DNA of 64,000 bases, from the NCBI GenBank assembly GCA_964016885.1, contig OZ024742.1, positions 168,144,001 to 168,208,000 on the forward strand, read 5' to 3'. Of the stretch, positions 12,401 through 27,000 are shown piece by piece; position 1 is the stretch's first letter; each line of letters begins with the position of its first letter. The translations under genes were made by a program, and so were the position numbers. Under the pieces are notes generated by a model. It was given only the letters and a program-made list of their open reading frames with translations, had not been told where the DNA came from and did no database searches. Source of the stretch: Eledone cirrhosa. Lineage: Eukaryota.

Positions 12401-15400
12401 ACATTAAAGGCCCATTAAAAACGCCATAAAAAATCCATTAAAAAAAACTCAATCAAAAACCCATAAAAGAAACATTAAAACAGCATTTAAAAAACCCATT
12501 AAAAATTCATTAAAAAAATCCATTTAAAAAATCCATTAAAAATCCATTAAAAATCCATTAAAAATCCATTAAAAATCCATTAAAAATTCATTAAAAAATC
12601 CATTTAAAAAAATCCATTAAAAAAATCCATTAAAAAATCCATTTAAAAAATCCATTAAAAAAAATCCATTAAAAAAAATCCATAAAAAAATCCATTAAAA
12701 AAATCCATTAAAAAATTCATTAAAAAAAATCCATTAAAAATCCATTTAAAAAATCCATTTAAAAAATCCATTTAAAAATCCATTAAAAATCCATTAAAAA
12801 TCCATTAAAAATCCATTAAAAAATCCATTAAAAAAACCCATTTAAAAAATCCAAAAAAATCCATTTAAAAAATCCATTAAAAAAAATCCATTTAAAAAAA
12901 CCCATTAAAAAAAATCCATTAAAAAAATCCATTTAAAAAATCCATTAAAAAAAATCCATTAAAAAAAATCCATAAAAAAAATCCATTAAAAAAAATCCAT
13001 TAAAAAAAAATCCGTTAAAAAAAATCCATTAAAAACTCAATCAAAAACCCAATTAAAAGGCCATAAAAGAAACATTAAAACAGCATTTAAAATACCATTA
13101 AAAACGCCATAAAAAATCATTAAAATCCCATTAAAAATACATTAAAGGCCCATTAAAAACGCCATAAAAAATCCATTAAAAAAAATCCATTAAAAAAAAT
13201 CCATTAAAAAAAATCCATTAAAAAAAAATCCGTTAAAAAAAATCCATTAAAAACTCAATCAAAAACCCAATTAAAAGGCCATAAAAGAAACATTAAAACA
13301 GCATTTAAAATACCATTAAAAACGCCATAAAAAATCATTAAAATTGTTTTTTATGAAATTTATAATATGGCTTTTAATGAACTTTTTAATGGGCTTTTAG
13401 AATCATTAAAATCCCATTAAAAATACATTAAAGGCCCATTAAAAACGCCATAAAAAATCCATTAAAAAAAATCCATTAAAAAAAAATTCAATCAAAAACC
13501 CATAAAAGAAACATTAAAACAGCATTTAAAAAACCCATTAAAAATTCATTAAAAAAATCCATTTAAAAAATCCATTAAAAATCCATTAAAAATCCATTAA
13601 AAATCCATTAAAAATCCATTAAAAATACATTAAAAATCCATTAAAAAAAAATCCATTTAAAAATCCATTTAAAAAAATCCATTTAAAAAAACCCATTAAA
13701 AAAATCCATTAAAAAAATCCATTTAAAAAATCCATAAAAAAAAATCCATAAAAAAAATCCATTAAAAAAAATCCATTAAAAAAAAAATCCGTTAAAAAAA
13801 ATCCATTAAAAATCCATTAAAAATCCATTAAAAATCCATTAAAAATCCATTTAAAAAAATCCATTAAAAAAATCCATTAAAAAAATCCATTTAAAAAATC
13901 CATTAAAAAAAATCCATTAAAAAAAAATCCATTAAAAAAAATCCATTAAAAAAAATCAATTTAAAAAAATCCATTAAAAATCCATTAAAAAAATCCATTT
14001 AAAAAAATTCATTAAAAACCCATTAAAAATCCATTAAAAATCCATTAAAAAATCCATTTAAAAAACCCATTAAAAAAAATCCATTAAAAAAATCCATTAA
14101 AAAAAACTCAATCAAAAACCCATAAAAGAAACATTAAAACAGCATTTAAAAAATCCATTAAAAATCCATTAAAAAAATCCATTTAAAAAATCCATTAAAA
14201 AATCCATTAAAAATCCATTAAATATCCATTAAAAAATCCGTTAAAAAAAATCCATTAAAAAAATCCATTTAAAAAATCCATTAAAAAATCCATTTAAAAA
14301 ATCCATTAAAAAAAATCCATTAAAAAAAACCATTAAAAAATCCATTAAAAAAAATCCCATTAGAAATACATTAAAGGCCCATTAAAAACGCCATAAAAAA
14401 TCCATTAAAAAAATCCATTAAAAAAAAACTCAATCAAAAACCCATAAAAGAAACATTAAAACAGCATTTAAAAAACCCATTAAAAATTCATTAAAAAAAA
14501 TCCATTTAAAAAATCCATTAAAAAATCCATTAAAAATCCATTAAAAATCCATTAAAAATCCATTAAAAATCCATTAAAAAATCCATTTTAAAAAATCCAT
14601 TAAAAAATTCATTAAAAAAATCCATTTAAAAAATCCATTAAAAAAAATCCATTAAAAAAAAATTAAACAAAAACCCATAAAAGAAACATTAAAACAGCAT
14701 TTAAAAAATCCATTAAAAAAATCCATTTAAAAAAATCCATTAAAAAATCCATTAAAAATCCATTAAAAATCCATTAAAAATCCATTAAAAATCCATTAAA
14801 AAATCCATTTAAAAAAATCCATTAAAAAAATCCATTAAAAAACTCAATTTAAAAAAATCCATTAAAAATCCATTAAAAATCCATTAAAAATCCATTAAAA
14901 AATCCATTTAAAAAAACCCATTAAAAAAAATCCATTAAAAAAAACCATTTAAAAAATCCATTTAAAAAAATCCATTAAAAAAAACCCATTAAAAAAAATC
15001 CATTAAAAAAATCCATTAAAAAAATCCATTAAAAAAAAATCCATTAAAAAAAATCCATAAAAAAATCCATTAAAAAAATCCATTAAAAAAAATCCATTAA
15101 AAAAAATCCATTAAAAATCCATTAAAAAAATCCATTTAAAAAAATCCATTAAAAAATCCATTAAAAACCCATTAAAAATCCATTAAAAATCCATTAAAAA
15201 TCCATTAAAAAATCCATTTAAAAAACCCATTAAAAAAATCCATTAAAAAAATCCATTTAAAAATCCATTAAAAAAAAATCCATTTAAAAAAACCCATTAA
15301 AAAAAATCCATTAAAAAAATCCATTTAAAAAATCCATAAAAAAAAATCCATAAAAAAAATCCATTAAAAAAAATCCATTAAAAAAAAAATCCGTTAAAAA

Positions 15401-17491
15401 AAATCCATTAAAAATCCATTAAAAATCCATTAAAAATCCATTAAAAATCCATTAAAAATCCATTTAAAAAAATCCATTAAAAAAATCCATTAAATAAATC
15501 CATTTAAAAAATCCATTAAAAAAAATCCATTAAAAAAAAATCCATTAAAAAAAATCCATTAAAAAAAATCAATTTAAAAAAATCCATTAAAAATCCATTT
15601 AAAAAATCCATTTAAAAAAATCCATTAAAAACCCATTAAAAATCCATTAAAAATCCATTAAAAAATCCATTTAAAAAACCCATTAAAAAAAATCCATTAA
15701 AAAAATCCATTTAAAAAATCCATTAAAAAAAAATCCATTAAAAAAAACCCATTAAAAAAAATCCATTAAAAAAATCCATTTAAAAAATCCATTAAAAAAA
15801 ATCCATTAAAAAAAACTCAATCAAAAACCCATAAAAGAAACATTAAAACAGCATTTAAAAAATCCATTAAAAATCCATTAAAAAAATCCATTTAAAAAAT
15901 CCATTAAAAAATCCATTAAAAATCCATTAAAAATCCATTAAAAAATCCATTTAAAAAAATCCATTAAAAAAATCCATTTAAAAAATCCATTAAAAAATCC
16001 ATTTAAAAAATCCATTAAAAAATCCATTAAAAAAAACCATTAAAAAATCCATTAAAAAAAATCCCATTAAAAATACATTAAAGGCCCATTAAAAACGCCA
16101 TAAAAAATCCATTAAAAAAATCCATTAAAAAAAAACTCAATCAAAAACCCATAAAAGAAACATTAAAACAGCATTTAAAAAACCCATTAAAAATTCATTA
16201 AAAAAAATCCATTTAAAAAATCCATTAAAAAATCCATTAAAAATCCATTAAAAATCCATTAAAAATCCATTAAAAATCCATTAAAAAATCCATTTAAAAA
16301 AATCCATTAAAAAAATTCATTAAAAAAATCCATTTAAAAAATCCATTAAAAAAAATCCATTAAAAAAAACTCAATCAAAAACCCATAAAAGAAACATTAA
16401 AACAGCATTTAAAAAATCCATTAAAAAAATCCATTTAAAAAAATCCATTAAAAAATCCATTAAAAAATCCAATTAAAAAATCCATTAAAAAAATCCATTA
16501 AAAAAAAATTCAATCAAAAACCCATAAAAGAAACATTAAAACGGCATTTAAAAAACCCATTAAAAATTCATTAAAAAAATCCATTTAAAAAATCCATTAA
16601 AAATCCATTAAAAATCCATTAAAAATCCATTAAAAATCCATTAAAAATCCATTAAAAAAAAATCCATTAAAAAATCCATTTAAAAAATCCATTAAAAAAA
16701 ATCCATTAAAAAAAACTCAATCAAAAACCCATAAAAGAAACATTAAAACATCATTTAAAAAATCCATTAAAAAAAATCCATTAAAAAAGCCATTAAAAAT
16801 CCATTAAAAATCCATTAAAAATCCATTAAAAATCCATTAAAAATCCATTAAAAATCCATTAAAAATCCATTAAAAAATCCATCTAAAAAAATCCATTAAA
16901 AAAATCCATTAAAAAAATTCATTTAAAAAATCCATTAAAAAAATCCATTTAAAAAATCCATTAAAAAAAATCCATTAAAAAAATCCATAAAAAAAATCCA
17001 TTAAAAAAAATCCATTAAAAAAAATCCGTTAAAAAAAATCCATTAAAAATCCATTAAAAATCCATTAAAAATCCATTAAAAATCTATTAAAAATCCATTA
17101 AAAACCAATTAAAAAATCCATTTAAAAAACTCCATTAAAAAAATCCATTAAAAAATCCATTTAAAAAATCCATTAAAAAAAATCCATTAGAAAAAAATCC
17201 ATTAAAAAAAAAATCCATTAAAAAAAATCAATTTAAAAAAACCCATTAAAAATCCATTAAAAAAATCCATTAAAAATAATCCATTAAAAAAAACCCATTA
17301 AAAAAAATCCATTTAAAAAATCCATTTAAAAAATCCATTAAAAAAAATCCATTAAAAAAAATCCATAAAAAAATGCATTAAAAAAATCCATTAAAAAAAT
17401 CCATTAAAAAAAATCCATTAAAAATCCATTAAAAAAATCCATTTAAAAAAATCCATTAAAAAAAAATCCGTTAAAAAAAATCCATTAAAAA

Positions 17492-18030
17492 CTCAATCAA
17501 AAACCCAATTAAAAGGCCATAAAAGAAACATTAAAACAGCATTTAAAATACCATTAAAAACGCCATAAAAAATCATTAAAATCCCATTAAAAATACATTA
17601 AAGGCCCATTAAAAACGCCATAAAAAATCCATTAAAAAAAATCCATTAAAAAAAATCCATTAAAAAAAAATCCGTTAAAAAAAATCCATTAAAAACTCAA
17701 TCAAAAACCCAATTAAAAGGCCATAAAAGAAACATTAAAACAGCATTTAAAATACCATTAAAAACGCCATAAAAAATCATTAAAATCCCATTAAAAATAC
17801 ATTAAAGGCCCATTAAAAACGCCATAAAAAATCCATTAAAAAAAATCCATTAAAAAAAATCCATTAAAAAAAAATCCGTTAAAAAAAATCCATTAAAAAC
17901 TCAATCAAAAACCCAATTAAAAGGCCATAAAAGAAACATTAAAACAGCATTTAAAATACCATTAAAAACGCCATAAAAAATCATTAAAATCCCATTAAAA
18001 ATACATTAAAGGCCCATTAAAAACGCCATA
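17492..18030 (+). repeat. Three tandem copies of a 204-bp unit containing empty cassette C
   Basis: CTCAATCAAAAACCCAATT starts at 17492, 17696 and 17900, a period of 204 bp. Confidence 0.93.
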
Positions 18031-21000
18031 AAAAATCCATTAAAAAAAACTCAATCAAAAACCCATAAAAGAAACATTAAAACAGCATTTAAAAAACCCA
18101 TTAAAAATTCATTAAAAAAATCCATTTAAAAAATCCATTAAAAATCCATTAAAAATCCATTAAAAATCCATTAAAAATCCATTAAAAATTCATTAAAAAA
18201 TCCATTTAAAAAAATCCATTAAAAAAATCCATTAAAAAATCCATTTAAAAAATCCATTAAAAAAAATCCATAAAAAAAAAATTCAATCAAAAACCCATAA
18301 AAGAAACATTAAAACAGCATTTAAAAAACCCATTAAAAATTCATTAAAAAAATCCATTTAAAAAATCCATTAAAAATCCATTAAAAATCCATTAAAAATC
18401 CATTAAAAAATCCATTTAAAAAACCCATTAAAAAAATCCATTAAAAAAATCCATTTAAAAATCCATTAAAAAAAATCCATTTAAAAAAACCCATTAAAAA
18501 AAATCCATTAAAAAATCCATTTAAAAAATCCATAAAAAAAAATCCATAAAAAAAATCCATTAAAAAAAATCCATAAAAAAAAAAATCAGTTAAAAAAAAT
18601 CCATTAAAAATCCATTAAAAATCCATTAAAAATCCATTAAAAATCCATTAAAAATCCATTTAAAAAATCCATTAAAAAAATCCATTAAAAAAATCCATAA
18701 AAAAAAAACCCATTAAAAAAAATCCATTAAAAAAATCCATTTAAAAAATCCATTAAAAAAATCCATTAAAAAAAATCCATTAAAAAAAAATCCATTAAAA
18801 AAAATCCATTAAAAAAAATCAATTTAAAAAAATCCATTAAAAATCCATTAAAAAAATCCATTAAAAAAAATTCATTAAAAACCCATTAAAAATCCATTAA
18901 AAATCCATTAAAAAATCCATTTAAAAAACCCATTAAAAAAAATCCATTAAAAAAATCCATTAAAAAAAAACCCATTAAAAAAAATCCATTAAAAAAATCC
19001 ATTTAAAAAATCCATTAAAAAAATCCATTAAAAAAAAACTCAATCAAAAACCCATAAAAGAAACATTAAAACAGCATTTAAAAAACCCATTAAAAATTCA
19101 TTAAAAAAAATCCATTTAAAAAATCCATTAAAAAATACATTAAAAATCCATTAAAAATCCATTAAAAATCCATTAAAAAATCCAATTAAAAAAATCCATT
19201 AAAAAAATCCATTAAAAAATCCATTTAAAAAATCCATTAAAAAAAATCCATTAAAAAAAATCCATTAAAAAAAAATCCATTAAAAAAAATCCATAAAAAA
19301 AAAAATCCGTTAAAAAAAATCCATTAAAAACTCAATCAAAAACCCAATTAAAAGGCCATAAAAGAAACATTAAAACAGCATTTAAAATACCATTAAAAAC
19401 GCCATAAAAAATCATTAAAATTGTTTTTTATGAAATTTATAATATGGCTTTTAATGAACTTTTTAATGGGCTTTTAGAATCATTAAAATCCCATTAAAAA
19501 TACATTAAAGGCCCATTAAAAACGCCATAAAAAATCCATTAAAAAAAATCCATTAAAAAAAATTCAATCAAAAACCCATAAAAGAAACATTAAAACAGCA
19601 TTTAAAAAACCCATTAAAAATTCATTTAAAAAATCCATTTAAAAAATCCATTAAAAATCCATTAAAAATCCATTAAAAATCCATTAAAAATCCATTAAAA
19701 ATCCATTAAAAAAAAATCCATTAAAAAAATCCATTTAAAAAAATCCATTAAAAACCCATTAAAAATCCATTAAAAAATCCATTTAAAAACCCATTAAAAA
19801 ATCCATTTAAAAAATCCATTAAAAAAAATCCATTAAAAAAAACCATTAAAAAATCCATAAAAAAAAAATCCCATTAAAAATACATTAAAGGCCCATTAAA
19901 AACGCCATAAAAAATCCATTAAAAAAATCCATTAAAAAAAAACTCAATCAAAAACCCATAAAAGAAACATTAAAACAGCATTTAAAAAACCCATTAGAAA
20001 TTCATTAAAAAAAATCCATTTAAAAAATCCATTAAAAAATCCATTAAAAATCCATTAAAAATCCATTAAAAATCCATTAAAAATCCATTAAAAAATCCAT
20101 TTAAAAAAATCCATTAAAAAAATTCATTAAAAAAATAACATTTAAAAAATCCATTAAAAAAAATCCATTAAAAAAAACTCAATCAAAAACCCATAAAAGA
20201 AACATTAAAACAGCATTTAAAAAATCCATTAAAAAAATCCATTTAAAAAAATCCATTAAAAAATCCATTAAAAAATCCATTAAAAATCCATTAAAAATCC
20301 ATTAAAAATCCATTAAAAAATCCATTTAAAAAATCCATTAAAAAAAATCCATTAAAAAAAATCCATTAAAAAAAATCCATTAAAAAAAATCCATTAAAAA
20401 AAAAATCCGTAAAAAAAATCCATTAAAAACTCAATCAAAAACCCAATTAAAAGGCCTTAAAAGAAACATTAAAACAGCATTTAAAATACCATTAAAAATG
20501 CCATAAAAAATCATTAAAATTGTTTTTTATGAAATTTATAATATGGCTGTTAATGAACTTTTTAATGGGCTTTTAGAATCATTAAAATCCCATTAAAAAT
20601 ACATTAAAGGCCCATTAAAAACGCCATAAAAAATCCATTAAAAAAAATCCATTAAAAAAAAATTCAATCAAAAACCCATAAAAGAAACATTAAAACAGCA
20701 TTTAAAAAATCCATTAAAAAAAATCCATTTAAAAAAATCCATTAAAAAAGCCATTAAAAATCCATTAAAAATCCATTAAAAATCCATTAAAAATCCATTA
20801 AAAATCCATTAAAAAATCCATCTAAAAAAATCCATTAAAAAAATCCATTAAAAAAATTCATTTAAAAAATCCATTAAAAAAATCCATTTAAAAAATCCAT
20901 TAAAAAAAATCCATTAAAAAAAATCCATAAAAAAATCCAATAAAAAAAATCCATTAAAAAAAATCCGTTAAAAAAAAATCCATTAAAAATCCATTAAAAA

Positions 21001-24000
21001 TCCATTCAAAATCCATTAAAAATCCATTAAAAATCCATTAAAAATCCATTAAAAATCCATTAAAAAATCCATTTAAAAAAATCCATTAAAAAATTCATTT
21101 AAAAAATCCATTTAAAAAATCCATTAAAAAAAATCCATTAAAAAAAACTCAATCAAAAACCCATAAAAGAAACATTAAAACAGCATTTAAAAAATCCATT
21201 AAAAAAATCCATTTAAAAAAATCCATTAAAAAATCCATTAAAAAATCCATTAAAAATCCATTAAAAATCCATTAAAAATCCATTAAAAATTCATTAAAAA
21301 ATCCATTTAAAAAAATCCATTAAAAAAATCCATTAAAAAATCTTTTTAAAAAATCCATTAAAAAAAATCCATTAAAAAAAATCCATAAAAAAATCCATTA
21401 AAAAAATCCATTAAAAAATCCATTAAAAAAAAATCCATTAAAAATCCATTAAAAAAATCCATTTAAAAAATCCATTTAAAAATCCATTAAAAATCCATTA
21501 AAAATCCATTAAAAATCCATTAAAAAATCCATTAAAAAAAACCCATTTAAAAAATCCAAAAAAATCCATTTAAAAAATCCATTAAAAAAAATCCATTTAA
21601 AAAAACCCATTAAAAAAATCCATTAAAAAAATCCATTTAAAAAATCCATTAAAAAAAATCCATTAAAAAAAATCCATAAAAAAAATCCATTAAAAAAAAT
21701 CCATTAAAAAAAAATCCGTTAAAAAAAATCCATTAAAAACTCAATCCAAAACCCAATTAAAAGGCCATAAAAGAAACATTAAAACAGCATTTAAAATACC
21801 ATTAAAAACGCCATAAAAAATCATTAAAATCCCATTAAAAATACATTAAAGGCCCATTAAAAACGCCATAAAAAATCCATTAAAAAAAATCCATTAAAAA
21901 AAATCCATTAAAAAAAAAATCCGTTAAAAAAAATCCATTAAAAACTCAATCAAAAACCCAATTAAAAGGCCTTAAAAGAAACATTAAAACAGCATTTAAA
22001 ATACCATTAAAAATGCCATAAAAAATCATTAAAATTGTTTTTTATGAAATTTATAATATGGCTGTTAATGAACTTTTTAATGGGCTTTTAGAATCATTAA
22101 AATCCCATTAAAAATACATTAAAGGCCCATTAAAAACGCCATAAAAAATCCATTAAAAAAAATCCATTAAAAAAAAATTCAATCAAAAACCCATAAAAGA
22201 AACATTAAAACGGCATTTAAAAAACCCATTAAAAATTCATTAAAAAAATCCATTTAAAAAATCCATTAAAAATCCATTAAAAATCCATTAAAAATCCATT
22301 AAAAATACATTAAAAATCCATTAAAAAAAATCCATTAAAAAAATCCATTAAAAAATCCATTTAAAAAATCCATTAAAAAAAATCCATTAAAAAAAACTCA
22401 ATCAAAAACCCATAAAAGAAACATTAAAACAGCATTTAAAAAATCCATTAAAAAAAATCCATTTAAAAAAATCCATTAAAAAAGCCATTAAAAATCCATT
22501 AAAAATCCATTAAAAATCCATTAAAAATCCATTAAAAATCCATTAAAAATCCATTAAAAATCCATTAAAAATCCATTAAAAAATCCATCTAAAAAAATCC
22601 ATTAAAAAAATCCATTAAAAAAATTCATTTAAAAAATCCATTAAAAAAATCCATTTAAAAAATCCATTAAAAAAAATCCATTAAAAAAAATCCATAAAAA
22701 AATCCAATAAAAAAATCCATTAAAAAAAATCCGTTAAAAAAAATCCATTAAAAATCCATTAAAAATCCATTAAAAATCCATTCAAAATCCATTAAAAATC
22801 CATTAAAAATCCATTAAAAATCCATTAAAAATCCATTAAAAAATCCATTTAAAAAAATCCATTAAAAAATTCATTTAAAAAATCCATTTAAAAAATCCAT
22901 TAAAAAAAATCCATTAAAAAAAACTCAATCAAAAACCCATAAAAGAAACATTAAAACAGCATTTAAAAAATCCATTAAAAAAATCCATTTAAAAAAATCC
23001 ATTAAAAAATCCATTAAAAAATCCATTAAAAATCCATTAAAAATCCATTAAAAATCCATTAAAAATTCATTAAAAAATCCATTTAAAAAAATCCATTAAA
23101 AAAATCCATTAAAAAATCCATTTAAAAAATCCATTAAAAAAAATCCATTAAAAAAAATCCATAAAAAAATCCATTAAAAAAATCCATTAAAAAATCCATT
23201 AAAAAAAAATCCATTAAAAATCCATTAAAAAAATCCATTTAAAAAATCCATTTAAAAATCCATTAAAAATCCATTAAAAATCCATTAAAAATCCATTAAA
23301 AAATCCATTAAAAAAACCCATTTAAAAAATCCAAAAAAATCCATTTAAAAAATCCATTAAAAAAAATCCATTTAAAAAAAACCATTAAAAAAATCCATTA
23401 AAAAAATCCATTTAAAAAATCCATTAAAAAAAATCCATTAAAAAAAATCCATAAAAAAAATCCATTAAAAAAAATCCATTAAAAAAAAATCCGTTAAAAA
23501 AAATCCATTAAAAACTCAATCCAAAACCCAATTAAAAGGCCATAAAAGAAACATTAAAACAGCATTTAAAATACCATTAAAAACGCCATAAAAAATCATT
23601 AAAATCCCATTAAAAATACATTAAAGGCCCATTAAAAACGCCATAAAAAATCCATTAAAAAAAATCCATTAAAAAAAATCCATTAAAAAAAAAATCCGTT
23701 AAAAAAAATCCATTAAAAACTCAATCAAAAACCCAATTAAAAGGCCATAAAAGAAACATTAAAACAGCATTTAAAATACCATTAAAAACGCCATAAAAAA
23801 TCATTAAAATTGTTTTTTATGAAATTTATAATATGGCTTTTAATGAACTTTTTAATGGGCTTTTAGAATCATTAAAATCCCATTAAAAATACATTAAAGG
23901 CCCATTAAAAACGCCATAAAAAATCCATTAAAAAAAATCCATTAAAAAAAAATTCAATCAAAAACCCATAAAAGAAACATTAAAACAGCATTTAAAAAAC

Positions 24001-27000
24001 CCATTAAAAATTCATTAAAAAAATCCATTTAAAAAATCCATTAAAAATCCATTAAAAATCCATTAAAAATCCATTAAAAATACATTAAAAATCCATTAAA
24101 AAAAATCCATTAAAAAAATCCATTTAAAAAAATCCATTAAAAACCCATTAAAAATCCATTAAAAAATCCATTTAAAAACCCATTAAAAAAAATCCATTAA
24201 AAAATACATTTAAAAAATCCATTAAAAAAAAATCCATTTAAAAAATCCATTAAAAAAAATCCATTAAAAAAAATCCATTAAAAGCTCAATCAAAAACCCA
24301 TTAAAAACGCCATAAAAAATCATTAAAATCCCATTAAAAATACATTAAAGGCCCATTAAAAACGCCATAAAAAATCCATTGAAAAAATCCATTAAAAAAA
24401 AACTCAATCAAAAACCCATAAAAGAAACATTAAAACAGTATTTAAAAAATCCATTGAAAAAATCCATTTAAAAAAATCCATTAAAAAATCCATTAAAAAT
24501 CCATTAAAAATCCATTAAAAATCCATTAAAAATTCATTAAAAAATCCATTTAAAAAACCCATTAAAAAAACCATTTAAAAAATCCATTAAAAAAAATACA
24601 TTTAAAAAAACCCATTAAAAAAAATCCATTAAAAATCCATTAAAAAAAATCCATTTAAAAAAAATTCATTAAAAAATCCATTAAAAATCCATTAAAAATC
24701 CATTAAAAATCCATTAAAAATCCATTAAAAATCCATTAAAAATCCATTAAAAATCCATTAAAAAATACATTTAAAAAACCCATTAAAAAAAGCATTAAAA
24801 AATCCATTTAAAAAATCCATTAAAAAAAATCCATTTAAAACAACCCATTAAAAAAAATCCATTCAAAAAAACCCATTAAAAAAAATCCATTAAAAAAATC
24901 CATTTAAAAAATCCATTAAAAAAAATCCATTAAAAAAAATCCATAAAAAAATCCATTAAAAAAATCCATTAAAAATCCATTAAAAATCCATTAAAAATCC
25001 ATTAAAAATCCATTTAAAAAAATCCATTAAAAAAATCCATTAAAAAAATCCATTTAAAAAATCCATTAAAAAAAATCCATTAAAAAAAAATCCATTAAAA
25101 AAAATCCATTAAAAAAAATCAATTTAAAAAAATCCATTAAAAATCCATTAAAAAAATCCATTTAAAAAAATTCATTAAAAACCCATTAAAAATCCATTAA
25201 AAATCCATTAAAAAATCCATTTAAAAAACCCATAAAAAAAAATCCATTAAAAAAATCCATTAAAAAAAAATCCATTTAAAAAAAACCCATTAAAAAAATC
25301 CATTAAAAAAATCCATTAAAAAAATCCATTTAAAAAATCCATTAAAAAAATCCATTAAAAAAAACTAAATCAAAAACCCATAAAAGAAACATTAAAACAG
25401 CATTTAAAAAATCCATTAAAAATCCATTAAAAAAATCCATTTAAAAAATCCATTAAAAAATCCATTAAAAATCCATTAAAAATCCATTAAAAAATACATT
25501 TAAAAAAATCCATTAAAAAAATCCATTTAAAAAATCCATTAAAAAATCCATTTAAAAAATCCATTAAAAAAAATCCATTAAAAAAACCATTAAAAAATCC
25601 ATTAAAAAAAATCCCATTAAAAATACATTAAAGGCCCATTAAAAACGCCATAAAAAATCCATTAAAAAAATCCATTAAAAAAAAACTCAATCAAAAACCC
25701 ATAAAAGAAACATTAAAACAGCATTTAAAAAACCCATTAAAAATTCATTAAAAAAAATCCATTTAAAAAATCCATTAAAAAATACATTAAAAATCCATTA
25801 AAAATCCATTAAAAATCCATTAAAAAATCCAATTAAAAAAATCCATTAAAAAAATCCATTAAAAAATCCATTTAAAAAATCCATTAAAAAAAATCCATTA
25901 AAAAAAATCCATTAAAAAAAAATCCATTAAAAAAAATCCATTAAAAAAAAAATCCGTTAAAAAAAATCCATTAAAAACTCAATCAAAAACCCAATTAAAA
26001 GGCCATAAAAGAAACATTAAAACAGCATTTAAAATACCATTAAAAACGCCATAAAAAATCATTAAAATTGTTTTTTATGAAATTTATAATATGGCTTTTA
26101 ATGAACTTTTTAATGGGCTTTTAGAATCATTAAAATCCCATTAAAAATACATTAAAGGCCCATTAAAAACGCCATAAAAAATCCATTAAAAAAAATCCAT
26201 TAAAAAAAATTCAATCAAAAACCCATAAAAGAAACATTAAATCAGCATTTAAAAAATCCATTAAAAATTCATTAAAAAAATCCATTTAAAAAATCCATTA
26301 AAAATCCATTAAAAATCCATTAAAAATCCATTAAAAATACATTAAAAATCCTTTAAAAAAAATCCATTAAAAAAATCCATTTAAAAAAATCCATTAAAAA
26401 CCCATTAAAAATCCATTAAAAAATCCATTTAAAAACCCATTTAAAAAAATCCATTAAAAAAATACATTTAAAAAATCCATTAAAAAAAATCCATTTAAAA
26501 AACCCATTAAAAAAAATCCATTAAAAAAATCCATTTAAAAAATCCATTAAAAAAAATCCATTAAAAAAAATGCATTAAAAGCTCAATCAAAAACCCATTA
26601 AAAACGCCATAAAAAATCATTAAAATCCCATTAAAAATACATTAAAGGCCCATTAAAAACGCCATAAAAAATCCATTGAAAAAATCCATTAAAAAAAAAC
26701 TCAATCAAAAACCCATAAAAGAAACATTAAAACATCATTTAAAAATCCATTAAAAATCCATTAAAAATCCATTAAAAATCCATTAAAAATTCATTAAAAA
26801 ATCCATTTAAAAAACCCATTAAAAAAACCATTTAAAAAATCCACTAAAAAAAATCCATTTAAAAAAACCCATTAAAAAAAATCCATTAAAAATCCATTAA
26901 AAAAAATCCATTTAAAAAAATTCATTAAAAAATCCATTAAAAATCCATTAAAAATCCATTAAAAATCCATTAAAAATCCATTAAAAAATCCATTTAAAAA

